Shown: positions 1 to 9,043 of the stretch, one piece after another
How the letters are laid out: the number at the start of each line of letters is the position of its first letter
Position numbering within the stretch: position 1 is the stretch's first letter
Source of the DNA: Candidatus Woesearchaeota archaeon
Lineage (GTDB): Archaea > Nanobdellota > Nanobdellia > Pacearchaeales > GW2011-AR1
Reading direction: 5' to 3'
Assembly (NCBI GenBank): GCA_964514585.1
Contig: CAZETU010000004.1
Location: 10,031-74,030 of the forward strand
Length of the DNA stretch: 64,000 nucleotides
Notes under the pieces: model-generated
The model's database searches: none
Told to the model about the DNA's origin: nothing
The model's input: only the letters and a program-made list of their open reading frames with translations
Translations under genes and position numbers: made by a program

Positions 1-1066
1 TCTGATGAATCTCCCCCTTCTTAATATCCAACTCAAACCCAGTATCAAACTTAACGCTAAAATCAGGCCACTCAGCAATCTTAAACCCGCCCATTGCAGG
101 ATTCTTAGTAAAATTAAAATTCAACTCCTTATCCCGAATCCTCAAATTCTCCTCCTTCAAAAACCCATGCAAATAAGCATTCACACCTTCCTTACTCCCC
201 TTAACACCAGACACCGTCCCAAAAGCACCCTGCCCCCCAAAAAAGATATTCAAAAAATCCGTCAAATAATCCAAAATCAACAAATCATGCTCAACAACAA
301 TAAGAGTTTTCTCCTTAGAAATCTCTTTCAAAAAATCACTAACCCGAAGTCTCTCGCCAATGTCCAAAAAAGCCAACGGCTCATCGAAAAAATAAATATC
401 CGCCTCACCCAAACTCGCAGCCAAAATCGCAATCCTCTGTAACTCACCACCAGACAACTTATTCATCTTATTCCCAAGAACTTGAGAAACACCCAATCTC
501 TCAGCCAAAGCCTTAATTTCGTCCTTAGAGCCCCTCTTAGACAACAACTCCATCACCGGCACATCAATAGCCAACTGCGACAAATTCTGCGGCTTATACG
601 AAACCTTCTTATCCTTAAGCGACTCCAAATACCTCAAAATCTCATTCCCCTTAAAAAATTTCTTAATATCATCCTTACTAGCTTCACTCTTCCCTAAATT
701 AATCTTCTCAGTCCCAGCCAACAATTTCACAGCAGTAGACTTCCCAATACCATTCCGACCAAGCAACCCAAGAACAAACCCTTCTTTCGGTGTCGGTAAA
801 CCATAAAGCGCAAACCCATTCTCCCCATAACGATGCACCAAATCCTCCTCACTAACCGACGGCAAATTAATAATATCAATCGCACCAAACGGACACCGCT
901 TCACACAAATCGCACACCCGACACAAGTATTTTCATCAATAGCACACTTATCCTCAATAGTCACACAGCTATCAGACTCCTTCTTCTCAACCGGACAATA
1001 TTTCTTACACTCACTCCCACAAATCGCCGGCTTACATTTTCCCTTATGAACTATAGCTAACTTCAT
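1..1066 (-). CDS. abcE1: ABCE1/RLI-type ribosome-recycling ABC ATPase, N-terminal part (3' end lies beyond the left window edge)
   Basis: Absent from the ORF track because it is open at the edge. Manual minus-strand translation from ATG (CAT at 1064-1066) gives MKLAIVHKGKCKPAICGSECKKYCPVE...CVGCAICVKRCPFGAI (two 4Fe-4S Cys clusters), then LLGRNGIGKST (Walker A), LSGGELQR (ABC signature) and IYFFDEP (Walker B). Confidence 0.85.
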   Translation of the reverse strand, partial: MKLAIVHKGKCKPAICGSECKKYCPVEKKESDSCVTIEDKCAIDENTCVGCAICVKRCPFGAIDIINLPSVSEEDLVHRYGENGFALYGLPTPKEGFVLGLLGRNGIGKSTAVKLLAGTEKINLGKSEASKDDIKKFFKGNEILRYLESLKDKKVSYKPQNLSQLAIDVPVMELLSKRGSKDEIKALAERLGVSQVLGNKMNKLSGGELQRIAILAASLGEADIYFFDEPLAFLDIGERLRVSDFLKEISKEKTLIVVEHDLLILDYLTDFLNIFFGGQGAFGTVSGVKGSKEGVNAYLHGFLKEENLRIRDKELNFNFTKNPAMGGFKIAEWPDFSVKFDTGFELDIKKGEIHQ

Positions 1067-1104
1067 ATTAAACAGAATAAATTTACAGTTTTAAAGCTTT
1101 AGAA

Positions 1105-1308
1105 CTAACATTTCTTCCCACATTCCGGACAAAACTTTTCTCCACCTTCCAAAGCCCAATTACAATCCTCACACCGCTTAATATCTTTCCTCTCCTCAAT
1201 AATCGCCTCATAATCATCACGCCCCGAAAGAATCTTCCCCATTATAGACTTAACCTTCTGTTTATCTTCCCCTTCTTCCTGATATTTCGTCAAATCAAAT
1301 CCGTCCAT
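1105..1308 (-). CDS. small zinc-ribbon protein (67 aa)
   Basis: Acidic N-terminal half and C-terminal CEDC...CPEC double CxxC motif. No family recognised. Confidence 0.5.
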   Translation of the reverse strand: MDGFDLTKYQEEGEDKQKVKSIMGKILSGRDDYEAIIEERKDIKRCEDCNWALEGGEKFCPECGKKC

Positions 1309-1339
1309 TATATTTTCTAGAAATTGCCTCTTTTAAATT

Positions 1340-1546
1340 TTATCTCTCTATAATTTTATACTTTCGATCAAAGCGCCTCTGCTTCGTAAAAGAAATAACT
1401 CCCTCAGCCGCAAAACCAAGACCCGTCAAAAACCAAAACCAATCACTATCTACTCCAATTCCAAAAATCAACTTCGAAAAAACTAATCCAGCCATCAAAA
1501 TCCCGACGACAATCACCAAAACATAAGTCGAATAATCTAATTTCAT
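1340..1546 (-). CDS. small two-TM membrane protein
   Basis: The ORF-track start at 1603 is a TTG. The first ATG (1546) gives MKLDYSTYVLVIVVGILMAGLVF... with two hydrophobic helices. Confidence 0.45.
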   Translation of the reverse strand: MKLDYSTYVLVIVVGILMAGLVFSKLIFGIGVDSDWFWFLTGLGFAAEGVISFTKQRRFDRKYKIIER

Positions 1547-1596
1547 TATTAAGAGAAAACCACATATTTTATAAATCTTCACCCCAACATTTAACC

Positions 1597-1761
1597 ATGA
1601 CAAAATGTGAATTATGCAAAGAAGAAATTAAAACGACTTTCCTAGATAAACTAGACGGAACTATCATAAAAACAGGGAAAGGCGAAGACTCAAAAACACA
1701 CTATATCTGTTCAGATTGCCAAAAAGAACACAAAGAAAAATTAAAAGAAAAATTATCTTAA
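1597..1761 (+). CDS. 54-aa zinc-ribbon micro-protein (below ORF-track size cutoff)
   Basis: Manual translation: MTKCELCKEEIKTTFLDKLDGTIIKTGKGEDSKTHYICSDCQKEHKEKLKEKLS, with CxxC...CxxC. The stop lies 1 nt (A1762) before tRNA-Thr. Confidence 0.4.
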   Translation: MTKCELCKEEIKTTFLDKLDGTIIKTGKGEDSKTHYICSDCQKEHKEKLKEKLS

Positions 1762-1762
1762 A

Positions 1763-1835
1763 GCCTGCGTAGCTCAGTTGATAGAGCGCAACACTCGTAA
1801 TGTTGAGGCCACGGGTTTGACTCCCGTCGCAGGCT
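1763..1835 (+). tRNA. tRNA-Thr (anticodon CGU)
   Basis: Hand-folded 73-nt cloverleaf: acceptor gcctgcg/cgcaggc, anticodon arm caaca-ctCGTaa-tgttg, T arm acggg-tttgact-cccgt. Confidence 0.85.
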
Positions 1836-1899
1836 TAGAAAATAAACCTAAAAAAATAAAAGTTCGATCAGGCCCATAACAAGATCGAACAAAATAAAA

Positions 1900-2589
1900 T
1901 TATTGCAGTTCAGCGTCGATTACCTGCTTAAAAGCAGAATATGGTTGCGCCCCAGAAAGAAGCTTCCCATTAATAAAAAACGCCGGAGTTCCCTGAACGC
2001 CCGCACTCTGACCATCCAAAAAATCTTTCTCAACCTCAGAAGCCATTTCTCCAGAATCTAAACACTCATTAAATTCCGACACATCAAGACCAATATCAAC
2101 AGCATATTGCTTAAAAGTATCAACGCCACCAACAACACCTTTATCAAATAAAACATCATGCATCTCATAATACTTATCTTGCTCACCAGAACATTCAGCA
2201 GCCTCAGCAGCCTTCTGCGCATTTTGATGAAAACTCAAAGGAAAATCCCTAAAAACAATCTTTACCTTTCCAGTCTCAACATAATCCTTACGAATTTGAC
2301 CTAAAGTTTGGCTATAAAACCTAGCACAAAAAGGACACTCATAATCACTAAATTCAACAATAGTTACCGGAGCATCAGGATCGCCCTCGACAGAATCATC
2401 ATCCATTAAAGAATTCAAATCAACCGAAGGAGCTGTCCGAACAGGAGCCTCACGAGAAGGAACCCCCACGGCATTTCCAGTAACCTGACTACCATTACCC
2501 GAAAAAGCAAAATAAGCCAAGCCAACAACCAAAACTATCAGAACAATAGAAACAACCTTCCAGTTATTATTCATTTTTTCTTCACTCAT
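1900..2589 (-). CDS. membrane-anchored DsbA-family thiol:disulfide oxidoreductase
   Basis: N-terminal TM helix, then a thioredoxin fold with a CPFC active site (EFSDYECPFCARF) and the GTPAFFING motif typical of DsbA-like proteins. Confidence 0.75.
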   Translation of the reverse strand: MSEEKMNNNWKVVSIVLIVLVVGLAYFAFSGNGSQVTGNAVGVPSREAPVRTAPSVDLNSLMDDDSVEGDPDAPVTIVEFSDYECPFCARFYSQTLGQIRKDYVETGKVKIVFRDFPLSFHQNAQKAAEAAECSGEQDKYYEMHDVLFDKGVVGGVDTFKQYAVDIGLDVSEFNECLDSGEMASEVEKDFLDGQSAGVQGTPAFFINGKLLSGAQPYSAFKQVIDAELQ

Positions 2590-2590
2590 A

Positions 2591-4744
2591 TTATATTTTC
2601 CTCCTTCTCAATAAATTAGCATTAGTAACAACAGTAATACTCGACAACGCCATCGCAGCCTCAGCAAACACAGGATTCAAAACTCCCGCCACGGCCAACG
2701 GAATCGCAATAACATTATAAAAAAACGCCCAAAACAAATTCTGCTTTATCTTACCAAAAGTCGCATTCGACAAATTAATCGCCTGAACAACCCCCGTCAA
2801 ATTCCCCTTCGCGAGAACTATATCCCCTGCCTCAATCGCAATATCCGTCCCTGTCCCCATCGCAATCCCAACATTCGCCTGCTTCAAAGCCGGAGCATCA
2901 TTAATCCCGTCACCAACAAAGGCAACAAATCCCTTTTTCTGCAACTCCATAACCTTCCGAGACTTATCCTCCGGCATAACCCCAGCAATAACTTCCTTAA
3001 TCCCAACCTGTTTCGCAATCGCCCTCGCCGTAATCTCATTATCACCCGTAATCATCACCGTCCTAAAGCCACCCCGATTCAACCGACCAACAGCCTCGAC
3101 AGAATCTTCCTTAACCGCATCAGCAACCCCAATCACACCCACAACCTTCTTATTCTCAACAACAACCATAACGCTCATCGCCTTCTCAGCAAACTCTCTA
3201 ACAACCCCTGAATACTTACCCAAAGCAACCTTCCTATCCTTCATCAGAGCCTCATTCCCAACAACATACTTCTTTCCCTTAATCGTCCCCTCAAGACCCT
3301 TCCCTCGAATAATCTTAAAATTCTTCACACTTAGATACTTCTTCAAATTAGCCTTCCGAACAATCGCCTTAGCCAACGGATGCTCACTTAATTTCTCAAG
3401 CGAACCAGCAATCTCAAATAACCTCTTCTCATCCTCAGCAGAAACTTCAACAACTTCAGGCTCGCCCTTGGTAATCGTCCCAGTCTTATCGAAAACAACC
3501 ATTTTAACTTCCTTCATCGTCTGAATCGCCTCACCCTTCCGAATAAGTATCCCTTTCTTCGCACCCATCCCAGAACCGACCATCAACGAAATCGGAACCG
3601 CCAATCCCAAAGAACAAGGACAAGCAATAACCAAAACAGAAATCGCATTACTAAGAGCAACACTAAGTCCCACTCCACCAAAATAAAACCAACCCAAAAA
3701 AGTCAAAACAGCTAAACTCAAAATCACCGGAACAAAAACCCCAGTCACCTTATCGGCCAACTTCTGAATCGGAACCTTCGTCCCCTGCGCCTCCTCGACC
3801 AACTTAATAATATGCGACAAAAAAGTATCCTTGCCAACCTTAGACGCCTTAACATACAAAACCCCATCCTGATTCAAAGTCGCCCCAATAACCAAACTCT
3901 TAACGGTTTTCTCGACGGGCAAACTTTCCCCAGTAATCATCGACTCATCAACGGCACTCTCACCCTTAACAACAACACCATCCGTCGGAATTTTCTCACC
4001 AGGCTTAACAACCATCACATCACCAATTCTCACGTCCTCAATATCAATTTCAAACTCTTCCTTACCTCTCAAAATCCTGGCCTTCTTCGCCCCAAGCTCC
4101 AACAATTTTCTAATCTCAGAAGTCGCCCGCCCCTTTGCCTTAGCCTCGATAAATTTCCCAGTAATAAAAATCGTCATAATCATTCCAGACACCCCAGCAA
4201 AACTAGTTACATCAATAAAAAAACTAAGTATACCAGTCAAATAAGCAACAACAGTCCCAAGCGCAATCAAAGAATCCATCGTAAACTGTAACTTAAAAAA
4301 TCCTCTTATCCCAGACTTAACCGTATGAAAACCAAAAATAAAAATAATCGGAAAACTCAAAATCAACATCAAAGGAGTCATCCATTTCATAGGCACTATC
4401 CCCACACCAAACAAATCCTCAAAATACATAATCCCCATAATCAAAACCGTCAAAAACCATGTTCCAATAAGTTTCCTCTTCCAAACCCCAATCTCATCCT
4501 TTTTCTCAGATGAAGCCAAAGCCTTACCTTCACCAAAATCAACATTCACCAACTTAAACCCAGCACCCTTCACAACTTCATCAAGATACTTAGCAGAAAC
4601 ACCATCGCTAACTTCCGCAAAAGCTTTCCCACTAACCGGATTAACACTAACATCATTAGCCCCAATCTTCTCCAATTCAGAAGACATTATATTCGAACAC
4701 GAAGCACAATGCATTCCCTCAATATCCAACTTAATTTTTTTCAT
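2591..4744 (-). CDS. copA: copper-translocating P1B-type ATPase
   Basis: N-terminal HMA domain GMHCASC, TM CPC motif (ACPCSLGLA), DKTGT phosphorylation site, and GDGINDAP hinge. Confidence 0.9.
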   Translation of the reverse strand: MKKIKLDIEGMHCASCSNIMSSELEKIGANDVSVNPVSGKAFAEVSDGVSAKYLDEVVKGAGFKLVNVDFGEGKALASSEKKDEIGVWKRKLIGTWFLTVLIMGIMYFEDLFGVGIVPMKWMTPLMLILSFPIIFIFGFHTVKSGIRGFFKLQFTMDSLIALGTVVAYLTGILSFFIDVTSFAGVSGMIMTIFITGKFIEAKAKGRATSEIRKLLELGAKKARILRGKEEFEIDIEDVRIGDVMVVKPGEKIPTDGVVVKGESAVDESMITGESLPVEKTVKSLVIGATLNQDGVLYVKASKVGKDTFLSHIIKLVEEAQGTKVPIQKLADKVTGVFVPVILSLAVLTFLGWFYFGGVGLSVALSNAISVLVIACPCSLGLAVPISLMVGSGMGAKKGILIRKGEAIQTMKEVKMVVFDKTGTITKGEPEVVEVSAEDEKRLFEIAGSLEKLSEHPLAKAIVRKANLKKYLSVKNFKIIRGKGLEGTIKGKKYVVGNEALMKDRKVALGKYSGVVREFAEKAMSVMVVVENKKVVGVIGVADAVKEDSVEAVGRLNRGGFRTVMITGDNEITARAIAKQVGIKEVIAGVMPEDKSRKVMELQKKGFVAFVGDGINDAPALKQANVGIAMGTGTDIAIEAGDIVLAKGNLTGVVQAINLSNATFGKIKQNLFWAFFYNVIAIPLAVAGVLNPVFAEAAMALSSITVVTNANLLRRRKI

Positions 4745-4759
4745 TTTTATTACTGTATT

Positions 4760-4972
4760 TTATTCCTTCTGTATTTGTTTAACTAGCCATACTATTGCCA
4801 AAACCAACACAACAACAAACAAAACGCCAATTAACCAACCAAAAAACATTCCACCAAAACCATAATTACCAGACATCATACCAGACATTCCACAACCATA
4901 ATCTCCAACATCAGCCGACACAAAACTCATCATCAAACCAACCGCCAAAATAAAAAAATATTTTTTATCCAT
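4760..4972 (-). CDS. small Met/Gly-rich membrane protein
   Basis: Signal-like N-terminus, then GCGMSGMMSGNYGFGGMFFG followed by a TM helix. It sits inside the copper cluster. Confidence 0.45.
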   Translation of the reverse strand: MDKKYFFILAVGLMMSFVSADVGDYGCGMSGMMSGNYGFGGMFFGWLIGVLFVVVLVLAIVWLVKQIQKE

Positions 4973-4973
4973 T

Positions 4974-5417
4974 CTAAAACCGATATCGCCCAGCCTCCAA
5001 ATTTAATTTAGTTATAATAAGATAATCTCCCTCAACTTCCGCAGGCAAATACCCAGGCCAACAACCGCCACCCTTTAAGTTCGCACTTCCGATTCCAGAA
5101 ATCCTATAATGATTCCCACAATTATTACAAACCATATCATCCCCTTCCTGCCGATAACCTTTCTTAGATCTATAACAAACATCACAAGCATTAAACGCCG
5201 TCTTCACCGAACCATCCTTAGCCCGAACAACAAAAAATTCAATCCCATCATAATCAAAAAACTGCGCCTCTTCGCCAATGCCATCTAAAGAAAACTTTAC
5301 AACATCTCCATCATCAATCATCTCAGCAGCAACTACATTCCCAGTCATTCCACCAAATACAATATATATAACACCAACTAAAACCAAGGCCCCAGCTCCA
5401 AAATATATCTTATTCAT
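4974..5417 (-). CDS. DUF2318-like Cys-rich membrane-anchored protein
   Basis: N-terminal TM helix. FNACDVCYRSKKGY...CNNCGNHY...GGCWP resembles the DUF2318 CxxC/CxxC pattern seen next to metal transporters. Confidence 0.55.
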   Translation of the reverse strand: MNKIYFGAGALVLVGVIYIVFGGMTGNVVAAEMIDDGDVVKFSLDGIGEEAQFFDYDGIEFFVVRAKDGSVKTAFNACDVCYRSKKGYRQEGDDMVCNNCGNHYRISGIGSANLKGGGCWPGYLPAEVEGDYLIITKLNLEAGRYRF

Positions 5418-5574
5418 TCAACACCCTCCTATTAATAGTATTAAACTTCCTCATACAAATCTTACAACAAAATTCCTCAAGACCCTCAATCGCCATCCCA
5501 CACATCTTACAGCCTCGACCAACGCCAGAAAAAACTTCCATTTTGCAAACAGGACAATTTAACACATCTCCCAT
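5410..5574 (-). CDS. 54-aa Cys-rich zinc-finger protein
   Basis: The track ORF 5410..5676 overlaps the upstream gene. The internal ATG at 5574 gives MGDVLNCPVCKMEVF..CKMCGMAIEG..FCCKICMRKF, starting 1 nt after the upstream stop codon. Confidence 0.45.
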   Translation of the reverse strand: MGDVLNCPVCKMEVFSGVGRGCKMCGMAIEGLEEFCCKICMRKFNTINRRVLNE

Positions 5575-5575
5575 C

Positions 5576-7024
5576 TTATCCTCCACAAGTCGAACCGCCG
5601 CCACAGCCCCCTCCACATCCGCCGCCACACGAACCATCACAACTACCACTAGAGGCAGTAACCTCCGCAGCAACATCTAACTGACTCGCCGACGCAACAC
5701 CATCATCAGTCACAACAAAAACCCCAGGAATCATTCCCATCCAACAACTCCACCGAACAGTCCCAATCTCATCAGGCGTAAACTCTACAACATTCATCCC
5801 CTTCTTCAACTTAACATCCAAGCCATAATCCCGAACAACAATCTCATTATTACACCCCGTCAATTCCTTCACATCAATATTCCACTTAACAGGAACCCCT
5901 TTTTTCAAAGTAAAAGTATCAGGAGTCCAACCATAACGATCAACCTCCATATTAATCACCTGATAATCCCCTTCTATTGCAGCACCAGCAGAACTCGCAC
6001 TAACACCAAACACGCTAGCGCCAATCGCACTAAAACTATAATCACTCCCCAAAACAACAAGCCCCCGATTCAACATTATCAATCCCAAAATTAAAACAAG
6101 AACCGCCGCAACTTTCAAAATCCTTTTAGTCGCATTCTTACTAATAACAGAAGTCAACGAACCAAACCCAATCAAAACAGGCAACGTCCCAAGACTAAAA
6201 GCCCCCAAAGATAAAAACCCAGTCCAAAAACTCCCTGTCCCAGCCGCATACAAATACAAAGCCTGCAACGGACCACAAGCGATAAACAAACCACTAAGTA
6301 TACCCGTCATAAAAGGCGCCTTGTAAAAGCCCTTAGCATCATGCGTCGTCTTGCCAGCCCACCTAGTCAAAAACTTCGGATTAAATTGAAACTTCCTAAA
6401 AAACCCGACACCGAGCATACTCAAAGCAAAAGCAATCATAAACAACCCAGCAAAAATCGCAATCCCCCCACGAAGCCCAACACTAAAAGCAAAGACCCCT
6501 CCAATCAAACCAAAAATTCCTCCGATCACAGCATAAGAAACAACCTTCGCCCCACCATAAACAAAATGCTGCTTAAACCCCTTGTGCCCCTTCTCAGCAT
6601 TCTTAGTAGTATACCCCACAACAAAAGCCCCGCACATCGAAATACAATGAAACCCAGTCAACACCCCAACAAAAAATAATATAATAAGACCAGAGCTCTC
6701 CCCAACACCAGGAATAGAAAAATTCAATTCAGAAACCCATCCATATATAAGATAAGCCAAAACACCCAAAGAACCAATCATAAACAAAAGCCCAATCTTA
6801 TCACCAACACTTCTACCCTTCTTCTCTTTCCTAATACTAAACTCATCATCTTCAATCAAACCAACAACTTCCTTTTCACTAATCTTATCCTCATCAAAAT
6901 CAACTTCAACAGTACCCTTAGAATAACTAGCCGAAACACTTCTAACCTTCTCCTTCAATTTACCTTCAATAAGATTAGAACATGAATTACAAGTCATCCC
7001 ATCAACTTCAAAAACCTTTTTCAT
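5576..7024 (-). CDS. three-module metal protein: HMA domain + DsbD_2/TauE-like polytopic membrane domain + cupredoxin-like domain with Cys-Gly tail
   Basis: N-terminus GMTCNSCSN (HMA). TM core with FHCISMCGAF and FIACGPLQ motifs. C-terminal beta-rich domain (KKGVPVKWNIDV..CNNEIV..WSCWMGMIPG). Tail SSGSCDGSCGGGCGGGCGGGSTCGG. Confidence 0.7.
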   Translation of the reverse strand: MKKVFEVDGMTCNSCSNLIEGKLKEKVRSVSASYSKGTVEVDFDEDKISEKEVVGLIEDDEFSIRKEKKGRSVGDKIGLLFMIGSLGVLAYLIYGWVSELNFSIPGVGESSGLIILFFVGVLTGFHCISMCGAFVVGYTTKNAEKGHKGFKQHFVYGGAKVVSYAVIGGIFGLIGGVFAFSVGLRGGIAIFAGLFMIAFALSMLGVGFFRKFQFNPKFLTRWAGKTTHDAKGFYKAPFMTGILSGLFIACGPLQALYLYAAGTGSFWTGFLSLGAFSLGTLPVLIGFGSLTSVISKNATKRILKVAAVLVLILGLIMLNRGLVVLGSDYSFSAIGASVFGVSASSAGAAIEGDYQVINMEVDRYGWTPDTFTLKKGVPVKWNIDVKELTGCNNEIVVRDYGLDVKLKKGMNVVEFTPDEIGTVRWSCWMGMIPGVFVVTDDGVASASQLDVAAEVTASSGSCDGSCGGGCGGGCGGGSTCGG

Positions 7025-7081
7025 ATAAAACCTAAAAAAATATTTTATTTAACCACTTCGCTGAAACTAGTTTCAATTATA

Positions 7082-7567
7082 TTAACTCTTCAAAACAATA
7101 ATATTATTCATTCCTCGGCGCTTCCTCTCGACAATCTGCTTAGCCTCAAGCTTATCCATCATCCGTGTCATCTTCACCTTCCCAACACCCAACTCTTCCA
7201 TCAAACTCTTCTGAAAAAACGCCCCACCTTCTCTCTCCAAAATCTTAACAACATTTTTCTCAACAGAATCCAACCCAGAAAGATTAATCTTTTTCTTTTT
7301 CTCCCGAACCTTCTTCACAACCACTTTCTCAACAACCCTCTCGCTCTCCTTACTAAAAATCAAAAACAAACCAATCAACAAAACCAACCCCGCAACCGCT
7401 AAACTCAAATTCGTCTGCAAAGAAATCGTATCATACATAGTACAAGTCGTCCCATGATCACAAGTCTGGTCAACAACGTTCTTCATACCAGAATTAAACA
7501 ACAAAATTATAACTCCAATCATAACCGCAATCCCAACAATCAAGAATCCAACATTCCTATTCTTCAT
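7082..7567 (-). CDS. membrane-tethered winged-helix (MarR-like) transcription regulator
   Basis: Two TM helices flank the loop DQTCDHGTTCTMYD. The C-terminal part EREGGAFFQKSLMEELGVGKVKMTRMMDKLEAKQIVERKRRG is wHTH-like. Confidence 0.6.
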   Translation of the reverse strand: MKNRNVGFLIVGIAVMIGVIILLFNSGMKNVVDQTCDHGTTCTMYDTISLQTNLSLAVAGLVLLIGLFLIFSKESERVVEKVVVKKVREKKKKINLSGLDSVEKNVVKILEREGGAFFQKSLMEELGVGKVKMTRMMDKLEAKQIVERKRRGMNNIIVLKS

Positions 7568-7640
7568 AAAAAATCCAGCTAAATCGCCTATAAATAACTA
7601 TCCTTAACACCGTTGACAAAATATCCCACCTCCGATAATC

Positions 7641-7648
7641 TTTTATAT
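7641..7648 (+). promoter_or_regulatory. TATA-box-like element upstream of tRNA-Leu
   Basis: TTTTATAT lies 23-30 nt upstream of the tRNA 5' end, the usual archaeal spacing. Confidence 0.35.
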
Positions 7649-7670
7649 CGCTTTTATCGCATAATTATAC

Positions 7671-7755
7671 GTGGGGATGCCGGAGTGGCCAAACGGGCTG
7701 GACTTAAGATCCAGTAGCATCTTTGCTTACGGGGGTTCGAATCCTCCTCCCCACA
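7671..7755 (+). tRNA. tRNA-Leu (anticodon UAA)
   Basis: 85 nt. Acceptor gtgggga/tccccac, anticodon arm ctgga-ctTAAga-tccag, long variable arm, T arm ggggg-ttcgaat-cctcc. Confidence 0.9.
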
Positions 7756-7799
7756 TGGAACACAAAATCTTAAAAGGCATCCTAATCTAATATTTTCAT

Positions 7800-7875
7800 A
7801 GCGGGGTGGAGCAGTCTGGTCAGCTCGTGAGGCCCATAACCTCAAGGTCACGTGGTTCAAATCCCGTCCCCGCTA
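7800..7875 (+). tRNA. tRNA-Met (anticodon CAU), initiator-like (A1:U72)
   Basis: Acceptor agcgggg/ccccgct with an A1:U72 pair, and anticodon arm tgagg-ccCATaa-cctca. The T arm acgtgg-ttcaaat-cccgt carries one extra nucleotide. Track ORF 7654..7860 is spurious. Confidence 0.75.
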
Positions 7876-7906
7876 TTCTTATAAACTTCACCCATTTATT
7901 CTAAAT

Positions 7907-8563
7907 ATGACACTTATCCTAGGAATCGACGATGCAGGAAGAGGCCCCGTCCTAGGACCAATGACTCTAGCCGGAGTAATAATAGACAAAAAAGACGAAC
8001 AAACACTAAGAAACTGGAACGCAAAAGATTCAAAACTCCTAACCCCAAAACAACGAGGCGAAATAAAAGAAAAAATAGTCGCCCAGTTTAAATATCACAC
8101 AGAAATTTCAACTCCAAAAGAAATAGACGATCACGAAAACTTAAACCTACTAGAAGCCCAAAAAACCGCAAAAATAATCAATGAACTAACTTACGAGCTA
8201 ACTGAGAAAGTGGAAGTTATAGTAGACTGCCCCTCAACAAACATCCAATCTTGGACAAATGATGTCCAAAAACTCCTCAAAAAACCAGAAATCATTTCCC
8301 TTTCCTGTGAACACAAAGCCGACGCAAACCACCCAATAGTCTCAGCCGCCTCAATCGTAGCAAAGGAAAAACGAGAAGACGAAGTCTACAAATTAAAACT
8401 CTCATTAAAGACCGACTTCGGTTCCGGATATCCCGCAGACCCAAAAACAAAAGAGTTCATTACAGAAAATTTTAACAACCCTAAATACAAGCACATTATC
8501 AGATTCTCGTGGAACACAGTCAAAAAACTAGTCAAAGCAACTAACCAAAAAAAACTATTCTAA
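7907..8563 (+). CDS. rnhB: ribonuclease HII
   Basis: ILGIDDAGRGPVLGPM N-terminal motif and typical length of 218 aa. Confidence 0.9.
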   Translation: MTLILGIDDAGRGPVLGPMTLAGVIIDKKDEQTLRNWNAKDSKLLTPKQRGEIKEKIVAQFKYHTEISTPKEIDDHENLNLLEAQKTAKIINELTYELTEKVEVIVDCPSTNIQSWTNDVQKLLKKPEIISLSCEHKADANHPIVSAASIVAKEKREDEVYKLKLSLKTDFGSGYPADPKTKEFITENFNNPKYKHIIRFSWNTVKKLVKATNQKKLF

Positions 8564-9003
8564 GGAATTACAAAAAAATAAGCAATCAAAAATACTAAAA
8601 CTATTACAATTATTCCAAGAAAAACCCAGATCCAATCATTCTTATGATAAATATGCTCACGACCAAACTTCCTTGGATTTTGCCATAAAGGAACCGTTAC
8701 TTTTTTCCAATAAAAATATTGAAGGATAGTACCGATAACAACCAGAAACACCATAGAAATAATATTATAAAACGTGATATCAATCATGAACAACTTAAAA
8801 AAAACAATAGCAATAAATGAATTAATAGAGGCATTTATGATGAAAAATTTCTTACTAATCAATAAAAAATTTTTCTTAAGAATCAAGCAAACAACTCCTG
8901 TCAGAATTAAAAGTATTAAAATAAAAGATACGATAAAAATAAAGCTTTTATTACCAAGAATCCAAGATAACATACCCATCAAACTCTCGAATCCCATAAG
9001 CAA
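8560..9003 (-). CDS. polytopic membrane protein, unknown function
   Basis: Four or more hydrophobic helices. No motif recognised. Confidence 0.5.
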   Translation of the reverse strand: MLMGFESLMGMLSWILGNKSFIFIVSFILILLILTGVVCLILKKNFLLISKKFFIINASINSFIAIVFFKLFMIDITFYNIISMVFLVVIGTILQYFYWKKVTVPLWQNPRKFGREHIYHKNDWIWVFLGIIVIVLVFLIAYFFVIP

Positions 9004-9043
9004 TTAATCATAATATTACTTATAAAACCTCATATAATTTCAA

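Noticed and set aside
5576-5660. GC-rich (GGC/GGT)n tract, considered as a possible G-quadruplex or microsatellite regulatory element.
   Set aside because: It is in frame and encodes the Cys-Gly tail of the upstream protein. Coding constraint explains it adequately, and the tail is reported separately as a protein feature.
7654-7860. 68-aa minus-strand ORF.
   Set aside because: It lies entirely across two plus-strand tRNA genes (Leu-UAA and Met-CAU). GC-rich tRNA sequence generates the open frame.
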